Shown here piece by piece: positions 1 through 64,000 of a DNA stretch of 64,000 bases (position 1 is the stretch's first letter; every line of letters starts with the position of its first letter). The translations under genes and the position numbers were made by a program. Where the stretch lies: the NCBI GenBank assembly GCA_964106915.2, contig OZ066918.1; one strand, written 5' to 3'. The stretch comes from Podarcis gaigeae. Lineage: Eukaryota. The notes under the pieces were generated by a model, which saw only the letters and a list, made by a program, of their open reading frames with translations, did no database searches and had not been told where the DNA came from.

Positions 1-629
1 TGACACTTGTACTCAAAATACTGTGTGTACAGAAGTAGAAAAATTGGAAAAGATGCTAAAAAAATAGTTGCTCTAAATATGAGCTACAGTTTTAGTATAT
101 GCATGTTGAAGCAGACACTGTGGGATATGGTTTTGATCGCTAGGTTGTCCAGTTTCTCTGTGTGATGGAAGGAAGTCTAAGGGTGTTATCCAACCCAGTC
201 ATTCTCAGAGCAGACACATCAATGACTTAAGTTGGATATCATCAAAATACACTTACTGAAATAAGATTGCTTCCTCTTTTTTCTTTTTTTTTCTTTGAGT
301 TACTGCTGACAAATTAGAACTATTCCTCACATTAGTTCTGCATGCATATAATTTTTATTGTAATTCTCTGAAGGCTGATCTAAATGAAGTTAACTGGATT
401 TCTGGTGTACACTCAAATTTATACCCCTCCCCCAAGAGTTGACTAGGGATAAATGTGACCTTTGAACTGAGAGAGTTAGCCCTCTTGCCCTCTTACAAAA
501 GGTTCTGTTTATACAAACTTGGGATGTCATGATAAACCACCAGGATTTATTTGCACTTTTTGAAGAAAACAACAAAAAGTTTTTTAAATAAAAAGTTCTG
601 ATATGAATATCTGAATTCTATTTTATTGA

Positions 630-39535
<38,906 letters not shown>

Positions 39536-41690
39536 AGTCTGGCGAAGACACTATACAAATGTGGAACTCTGTTCTTTAGAGCTCAAGGCCTATATACTGT
39601 GATAGCTTATATGAAAACCACATTTTTGATGTGATTTGGTTTGATTTTTAACCAAATTATTAAGGTCATTTCCTTTTTGTAATGAGAGAGAAGAGGAGCT
39701 TCTTAATGAAACAAGGAATATTGGCCAGTCACCTCAGAAAGGCTGACCTACAAATCATTTGTTTTCCTGTCCTTGACAGTCCTAATGCAGGTTTTTTTTC
39801 CTGGATGGGGAGAAGCTTTTAAATTAAAACAGTTAAAAAATAAACACTGTTCTACACATTTTCAGAAAACATTGAATGAAAACAAAACTTTTTAACTTTA
39901 TTTTTCTGCTGTACAACTTCAAAATGTTTTAACATTTGCCTTTTTATGTTTTAGAAGCTAGCCATTTTATTAAATTTATGCCTGTCAGCCATTGACCAGC
40001 AGTGATGCTATCAGCAGGCCATCCTGGCTGGAGAAGTGTTGTTAAACGCACTGGATGTGACTAGCAGTATGGTACACTTCTAGATCCTCTCTGACCATTG
40101 AGAGTGGAACACTCTTGCAAAAGAGGCTAGAAGTCAGGTGTATGCATCTCTGCCAAAAAGTCAGATTCTGAAAAGAAAAAATCCCCAGATTTTATACTTC
40201 TGAGAAGATTTATTTTTTATTTATAAGAGGGCATAAAATAAGAGATGTCCATAAGCCACTTTTCCAACAGACGCTGTGTAACATTCATTTTATATAGCAC
40301 TAGGGGAACACACAAACAGCACATTTTCTATTGGTACTTGTTCTGTGCATTTTTAGCAACTTATACCAGCAAATAAAATATTCTCAGAAAAACAAACCAG
40401 TGGTTCTAAAGTAATCTATTTGCTGTTTCTACTACCTATTTCACGGCCTGTCAGATCTGAGGTACAAAAGCAGCAACTTTCCTGAGGAACGCAAATCACC
40501 GGGTGGGGTGGTGGGAGGAGGGAGACAGAAGTCACACTTGCATTTTCAAAGCAATTTTAACTGTACCATAGAGAAGTGTCTAACTTTCCATGCCGTAAAT
40601 ACCCTTTTGTGCTATTTTTGTAAATTAATTTTGCCAGTTAGATTTACTGTATGTGCTGCATAGAAACTTGTGCTTAGATGGTGACGTTCTTAAGCTTACA
40701 ATGGAATACAGCTACATTCTCAGTGTTAACTGTGCATTATTAAGAGTAATTATTACATGATTTTCTAAAAAGCAGAACAATCCAAAAAACAATCAGCTAA
40801 TTATTTGTTCTAAGATATTTTCAGTGTCTTCAATGATCTGGACTTTCACTCTGCTTTGATATTATGATTCTTCCTGGTAGCTGCTAATGTAGTTAAAGGA
40901 CTGATTTTGTTCCTCGGAGGTGAGCACAGCTCCTGTTAATAAGAACATTTGTAAAAATGAGGCCAAACTAGTCTTCTTTTTGGAGTTTAAATGTTAGTGT
41001 GCTTTAAAGCAGATCTAAATTGACCCAGTTCTAATATACCTGCTTCAGAGGTGTTTTTTGATAGCAGTTGCAAAATAACTCTGACCTACCTCCCATAAAG
41101 GTCCTTTTATTGAATTCAAGGTGCATCCAATGCTTACTTGCCTTTTGGGAGACAAAGACAACATTTAAATCAAATCATTTAGTTGGGATTTCCCCTCCTA
41201 AAATTGTACAGTACTCAAATTTTGGTTGCCAAAAACATCTAATAATTCAAGCAAGGCAGTTGTTTAGGAATTGAAAAGTTGCTAAAGTCACTGAGTTGGT
41301 GCTTCAGGACAAAGTACAAGTTCTCCCAAAACAGTGGACACAAATGGTGCAGTAGCACATCAGTGTAGTGGGCAGAGTGGCATAGCTGCTGGTGGTTTAA
41401 ATCCACCAAGAGACAAAGCTTGTGCTCCACAGCCCTTCATATGGAAAATTGAATTTTAATTGATCCTTATAGAATTCTGTGAAAGAAAAGCCGTTTACAA
41501 GTAAGTTACCTCCAATGGGTTTCCAGTTCAGTTTGCGGTCAATAGGTTTTTAAAAATGTGTCTCCTTGATTGGTTTTGCTAGTAATTCTGTAAATTGTAC
41601 ATTTACAATTTGAGGTTTTTTCCTTTTGTACAATTTAAAACTGATGCTTCACTTTTCCTTTAATAAACTCCTCAAAATCACATGTGCAGT
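39536..41690 (+). other. STAG1: Probable STAG1 3' UTR
   Basis: AU-rich with no recognisable transposons; AATAAA at 39839, 40372 and 41662; the end point is inferred. Confidence 0.6.
41662..41667 (+). terminator. Candidate distal STAG1 polyadenylation signal
   Basis: AATAAA preceded by several TGTA motifs (41589-41631) and U-rich sequence; GT-rich sequence downstream. Confidence 0.6.
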
Positions 41691-44382
41691 GGAGTCCTTT
41701 CCACAAAAGCATTTGAAAATGGGTGCTTTCTGTTTGGTCTGTCTTCCACTAAATATTTTCCTATAGTGAAGCTTGAAAGTGTGCTAATCCTGCTGCTTGC
41801 CCAGCATTCTGGGCAGTTCAGACATTGAGGGTTTTTCTTTCTGCAGTAAGAGCATGTTTTACCCTTAAGTGAAACATTTCAGTATCTTTAAAACCTTACA
41901 TTTCCCCAAGCAGTTGCTGTTCCTTACCCATACCTAATGTATAATTCAAGTAAATAGATTCAGAGCATGTGGAGTTGAGATTGGGGCTGATACTGTGACC
42001 TGTAATGTGCGCAGAAAACTTTGCAGAATCTGATTGATGGTACAGGATTCAGAAGTCTCCTGCTTTCATTGAAAGAACCACCACCTCATGATTGTGCAAT
42101 CATGTGTACAAAAGCCCTCCAGAATTCAGTAGACATTCTGCATTTCTCCTGTCAATACACTTATTGCCCAAGCCTCTCCTGCCACCACTTTGGTGGTCAT
42201 TTATACAAAAGCATGACAAGTTCAAAAATAAGCATTTAATAAATCAACTTGGAAGATCTGTGGTTATGCTGCACATTGAAATGGGAGTTCCTGTAAGTGA
42301 GACCTTACTTGACAGTGAAAGAAAAAGTACAGAATTCAGACAATCTTTTTTGCTGAAATGGGACAGAAACTTGAGTTGCGTTTCCAAAGTCTGTCTCCTT
42401 GTCTGAGTTGATAAGGTGAAGTACTTTGTTTGTTCTTTTCTCTACACCTGGCAAACACCTGAGAATTGAACAACTTACCATCACACAATAGATTGTAGAC
42501 TGGCTTTGACAAATATTATATGGCTTCTGGTTCCATGATATAAGATTGGTGGAGTGTAAATTAATATTTGTTTATTTTATTTTATTTTTAAAAAAAGATC
42601 TGTCCAGATATGTGGTCTATATTTCTTATTGACAGAACACCTGTAGCTCCTCTGTATCTTATCTTGGGTGGGCAGGGGTAGAAGATAAGTGTCTGGATTT
42701 TAGCATTTTTGGCTATTTATTTCTACCAGTAGAGTCCAGAAGCCATGCAACACATTTGTACAGCAACTTGATGTCAACCACAGTTGATTCAATAGGTCTA
42801 CATAAAGTACTGTTATCTCTTTGGACTCTTTAAATTCACCCTCTGACAAAGGAAACTTCCCTGCCCAAAGGGTGCAGCAAGGAGAAAAATTATCCAACTT
42901 CTAGAAGTAGTAATCAACTTTTCTATTGTGGCCCTATCCAATCTATTCATTGGCAAACAATAATTGTTCTCTTAAACACACATTAAAGAACACACTTTGG
43001 AATTCTGTACAATTGTGATAACCTATATGAAAAAACAGTGAGTGTCTGTTGTAAAGAACATCTGCTATTTTTATAGGGTTGTTGAACCCTGGACTGAATA
43101 TTGATACTTGAGTGATAATAATATTGGAACAGCAATGCAGTGGAATATTTGTGGTTTAGTGTCCCACTTTTAGTCATAATTTTCTTTTCTTGGTTCCCTA
43201 ATAAGTACAAATGTCCTTAGGTTTAAATATTACTTTTAATTTTCATGCCCGCAGCTTTAGTAGTAGCATACATGTTAGGTGCTCTATTGCTGCAAAATCT
43301 CTGCCCTAAAGGGCTGCCAACCATAGACAGGAAAATGTGGATAAGGTTAAAGGAGTTAGTCACAAAGATGCTCTAGTCTTAATAGAGCTCATGTGCTTTG
43401 CTACCTTGATACTTGAAGTTTTTGCCTGGCATTACTAATACATCGGGTGTAAGGTGCCTGTTTGTTGTCTTGGAGATGTCATTTAGAACAACTTGTGACA
43501 GTATTCTCTGGCTGCATCAGCCAGCTTTATCTTGCCTTTTTGATATTGTCCTGTCCATCACTAGCTGCTACTCTTATTAGTTCAATTAATCTTGAATGGT
43601 GCAAGTATGCTGGCAGGTGGGCTTGTCCAAATTAATTATCCCAGTGTGTTCATTAAAATGCTCGTAAATGGTAATCCTTTCTGTTATTGGAACAAGATGA
43701 GGAATGCATCCACCTTCTGCATACCAAACAGGAATATTAATATTGCTGACTTATGAACCTTGTTTCCTTCTGACCTCAAATACATTGTTATGAGTCCATG
43801 CTGTTCTTGTTTCTAGCATATCCACTGTCCCTAACCATGTCAATTACATAGTCTCTCTTAACCCTGTTTTGTCTATGGTTAATAACCATTACTTACCAAC
43901 ACACTTGTAAATGTGTTTCAACTGCTGTCTTAACTCACCCTCTCAATTACAAGACCTTTGCAGAGATGAGGTGGACTTAAAGGTGGGACTTGTAAATACT
44001 TAGGGCTACGCAAATACCCGTTTGTATAGTTCTTCTCTAAATTGTTTGTATTGGAAATTTATTGTAGTTTTACTAACAATTACAGAAGAATCTTGGAACA
44101 GATTACTCCAATATAATAAACAGTGACCAATTTTTTTCCAAATTACCTTTCCATGGTCTTTGTATTGTGTGCGCTAAATGTCTACTTCATCTGAACCTAT
44201 GCATGTAACACAGGAGGACTTCTAGTCTGTCCATTATGGGTTAGAACTATTGTTATTACTACTTTTCTGTCAAAGGCTTTGAATATTTGTTATCCCAGTT
44301 CGGTCCTGGATGTGGATTCTGAAGCTCCATTACTGGCTAAAACTAATTTTCTTCCCGGTAAGTCTGGCACTCTTGCTTTTAA

Positions 44383-44900
44383 TTGTCAAACATGTCAAAC
44401 AAAATGGAAAAGAAACTGAGAAGTCTAAGGTTCACACTGCAGGCTCTGATAACCTGTAGATATGAGAGAACCACATCCACAATTAAGCAACGAATATGGG
44501 ATGTTGAGCTGCAATGCCACATGAGTGAAATGACAAAGTATCTAGAAATTAAAGATAATGGCAGGGGATTTACTCCAGCAAGGTATTTCACCAAAACAGA
44601 AATACCCAAATTTAGAAGAGCTCTTACCCTTGCCAGATTTAACATCTTTCCATCAGCATTACTGCAGGGCAGATTTGAAGGCAAACCATATTCACAGTGA
44701 ACATGCCTGTGGGGTTTGAAGGAAGTTGAGACTGCTACGCATGCCCTGCTAAATTTGTCATTACTACAAGGCTATACACATTATATTTATCACGCCAATC
44801 ATGCAGTAAACCCCAAGCAGAACTGATGATTAGTACTTAAAATACTTAATAGAGGACAGGGAACCAGAGATTACCTTAAAAGTGGCTAAATTCTGTATGT
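44383..44900 (+). mobile_element. Non-LTR retrotransposon ORF C-terminal remnant (RTE-X-like)
   Basis: KQRIWDVELQ...FRRALTLARFN...LQGRF...*TCLWG..EVETATHALL looks like a decayed C-terminal Cys/His knuckle; family assignment tentative. Confidence 0.6.
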
Positions 44901-45286
44901 AAGGTATATCAGGCCAGAATGAATGAACCTCTTTTGGCCTGCTTGGTTCTACCTGGCAAAAGGGCTCCTCAATTAGAAGTACTATGCATAGGCACAAAGG
45001 AAAATCGTCTCTCACAAGCCTTTCAGAGGCCTAGAACAATCTCTTGTGGTAGGAGAATAGTCTTGTTAGGTAGCTGAGACCAAAATCTGACAGATAAGAA
45101 ATTTATACTGAATAACATCTGCATTAGAAAACCTTGAAATTCTGTAATATTTTCTTGCGATGAATCCCATGCAGGTAATTTCTATCTCCCCTTGCAGGAT
45201 TAAATCCTGTTTTGCATTATTATCCTCTGAATCTAATCCACAAATAATCTCCCCACAGACAATCTTGTTTAAAGGAAACAAAATAG

Positions 45287-45292
45287 TTTAAT
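45287..45292 (-). terminator. Candidate PCCB polyadenylation signal (ATTAAA)
   Basis: ATTAAA on the - strand about 300 nt after the stop, followed by T/GT-rich sequence; an alternative AATAAA lies at 44058-44063. Confidence 0.4.
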
Positions 45293-45587
45293 TCCATATT
45301 CTCTTAGACTTCTGTTGCAATATGCTGGCTTTACATTTATGTATGATTATCTGTTCTGTCTTTAGACTGTCAAAGACGAAGTTACAGCATATCGTGACAA
45401 CTTCCATATGTTGTACCTTTTGCTTAAATGTACAATTGATTCCTTGTCTACAATCTCATAGTATCCCAACCCTTCTAGAATATAATCCATAAAAATTTCC
45501 ACATACTTCCGATGATTCAGAGTCAGGATTTGAGTTGGGCTCCACTGCTTTTCTGGCAACCTATCATCCCTTTTCCTTAAAACAAAT

Positions 45588-61533
<15,946 letters not shown>

Positions 61534-62190
61534 CTGAAGTGCAGGAAATAATATGAACAAGGTAAGGTTTGGAGATCATTTCAGTACACCAGAGCCAAGC
61601 ATAATTACAAATATAAAGAGAAAGTCAGATACTAATTTAAGGTTTTATTCAAATCCATAAATTTGCTCCTCAGAAAGCAGCTGCCTTAAACTCAATATTG
61701 CAACTGAATTCCTTTTTAATTTCACCTTCCCTTCAAATACGGAAATTGCTCTCTTCTGGAACAATCATTTTGTCAGAGATTTATTGATTAATTGATTTTT
61801 TACATTTTCGTCCTTTTAAGTAAGCAATGCTGAGTTATATACATATGTTGAAGAGAATAAAACCCATAAAGGACTAGTACAGGAAGGGGCTAGCAAAGAA
61901 AAAGGATTGTATTCACATGTTTAACAGTCTGACTTCAGTGAAACTATTAAATGTAGTATCAGAACTTACAAATGTGCTTTTCTAAGGGTAGATAGAGCAA
62001 GTTAAATAAATCATACTTTTTCTGTTTGATGTAAGGTATGATGTAGTACATTGGCAGAGTTGAAAAACCAATCACAAAAAGCTTATACAAGTTTATTAGT
62101 AATCTAAAAAGTAAATGTATAACCGGGCCATCTTTCAGCCTGATCCTTTATAAAACTTAATGTATGTACATGAATCATACACTGAAATTC

Positions 62191-62226
62191 CTACATTTTA
62201 TCTTAGCCAAAAGGCCGAGAAGCAAT
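62191..62226 (-). pseudogene. 3'-truncated U2 snRNA retropseudogene (nt 1-36)
   Basis: Minus strand ATTGCTTCTCGGCCTTTTGGCTAAGATAAAATGTAG is 33/36 identical to the U2 5' end; direct repeat ACACTGAAATTC at 62179-62190 and 62227-62238. Confidence 0.9.
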
Positions 62227-62740
62227 ACACTGAAATTCTTGTCAAAGAGAAGCTCTAATCCCAATGGACAAATCTTCTCTAATTTCCTAAAAATTTCATT
62301 CTCAGCAGAAATTTAAGTCAACATGCAAAAGTCATTTTAAGAAGCGAGACAGGGGCTCTAAATTACCATCCAACTATTTTAATTTCCCCATTATTGTTGC
62401 TCATATATAAATAGGCATCAGACACAAAAATAAATTGCTGAATAAATTGTCACATATTGTCATGGTGATCCCCCACACCTCAAAATCTTAAGAAGCCTGC
62501 AAATATTCATCTTATATTGATTCAAGCACTGAAAATGTTATAGAAGCAGCACTTCAAAGAGAGCCTTATAAAAGGCAAATGCATAGTAAAAGAAGCTACA
62601 AGCAACAACGACAAAAGAAAGAAAATTACATGCCTCTGATTTAACCTTTCATTAGGAAAAAGAAGGGTCATTTAGGCACCATCACCTTCACTGGCCACAT
62701 GGCCACTTGTAATCTTGTCCTGCTAATGACCTTTGCAGAA

Positions 62741-63230
62741 ATGGCTGCATTGGCTGCCAAATAAACTACCAGGTCATGTTCAAGGTCTTGTTAGTGACAT
62801 ATAAAGCCCTGGACAACTCAGGGCCAGGTTATCTGAAAGGCTACCTGACCCTGCCTAGATCTGTAAGATCACTTAAATCATCTGGAGAAATTTTACTTGT
62901 GGCAACACATCCTACAGAATATTACAGGCAGAACATCACCTGAAAGGGAATATTTCTTGCCAGTGCCCTTTACACTGTAGAATACCCTTATTTTATTTAC
63001 TGAAATATTTATAATCTGTACTTTCATCCCTAAAAATGCAGATTAAGCATCATCTGTCAGTTGCTTCAGTTGTAAATAAATATCTTTTTGCCCAAGCTTT
63101 CCCTGACCCATAGGGATGGACCAAGTTATTACTTAATTCCTGTTTTGATATTATTCTTTTTATGTTGTATCTGTTTCTATGATACTGTCTTATATTTTAA
63201 TATTACTAAGCTATTTTAATAATTTAAATA
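62741..63230 (+). mobile_element. Degraded L2 LINE 3' fragment
   Basis: ctgcattggctgcca...ttcaaggtcttgttagtgacatataaagccctggacaactcagggccaggttatctgaaa (LHWLP..FKVLLVTYKAL..GPGYLK). Confidence 0.75.
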
Positions 63231-64000
63231 AATGCTTTACCTTAGGTCTCCGAAACATGGTAGGGAAAGAAATATCCAACACATGGTAGGGAAAGGGATT
63301 AATTTAAGATACTTATTTGAGCCTCAGAAAACAGTTCAGATTAATTCCTAATTCCACTGCAAGTTCAAAGGGATCTTCAAGCCATAACTGTCTGCCCTGA
63401 ATTAAAGCAAAGCAAGGTGGCTGGTAACGATTCTGTGACGATTCTGATGATCTTCAGCATTACAGATGCAGCTACAGGACGCAATCTGCAAAGTGTTTAT
63501 TCATTCCTCAACAGACTGAACTGCTGAGGGGGTGGGGCACAGTTAATATAAAACTCCCTTGCCAGATCACATTAGGGTCATCCCATGACTTGGTTATTTC
63601 ATCCGCTAGCAACCTGAAGCCTTGAATTCATATACTTTTTCCTCCCCTTGCACTCTATAATCAGAAACTTCTGACTGTAGTTAGCAACAAACTATACCTT
63701 GGAATTGTGTCCAAAGCCAGAAAACCATGGTTTGCACACAAACCAGATTTGCCACTAGCCATGACTATCACTAGCTTCCAACTGCAAAGGCTGAGAGAGC
63801 ACATGGCCCGCAACTGTTCACTCATGTAATACTAAACCATGGTTTAGTGTTACATCTGAACACAACTGCTGTCTCCAGCAGCAGCCAGCCCAATTCTTCC
63901 AAGTGCCCACAAGCCATGTTTCTATTTAGTTATAATGACTCATAATATTTGGTACATATATCCTTCATGAACACATCCAGTTTTTTGAGCTATCAAGGTT

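Noticed and set aside
62191-62226. Functional U2 snRNA gene
   Set aside because: Only 36 nt of U2 are present, there is no Sm site, it carries three substitutions, and it is bounded by a TSD.
61534-64000. PCCB exon 1 or promoter
   Set aside because: No CpG island, transit-peptide exon or matching coding sequence seen; it presumably lies beyond the window.

Overview
Vertebrate genomic DNA, AT-rich and CpG-depleted. The repeat content (Sauria SINE, Bov-B, squamate-type L2/CR1/hAT elements) points to a squamate, probably a lacertid lizard (inference). The window holds two convergent housekeeping genes in the arrangement known from other amniotes. STAG1 (cohesin subunit SA-1) is on the + strand with 30 coding exons from 633 to the stop at 39535; its 5' exons lie upstream of the window and its 3' UTR probably runs to about 41.7 kb. 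PCCB (propionyl-CoA carboxylase beta chain) is on the - strand with 14 coding exons from 61533 down to the stop at 45588; exon 1 was not found in the window. I traced every exon by hand. All introns are GT-AG and both spliced frames are intact (3477 nt and 1431 nt). Exon numbers follow the human genes as I remember them. Introns carry many transposon fragments, several of them young with clear target-site duplications (TSDs). I found no evidence for a novel biological system. The most notable details are a 36-nt U2 snRNA retrocopy with a TSD in PCCB intron 1, a 2-codon in-frame shortening of PCCB exon 14, a frame-symmetric 111-nt STAG1 exon with downstream splicing-regulator motifs, and a 90-nt Bov-B insertion with a TSD.
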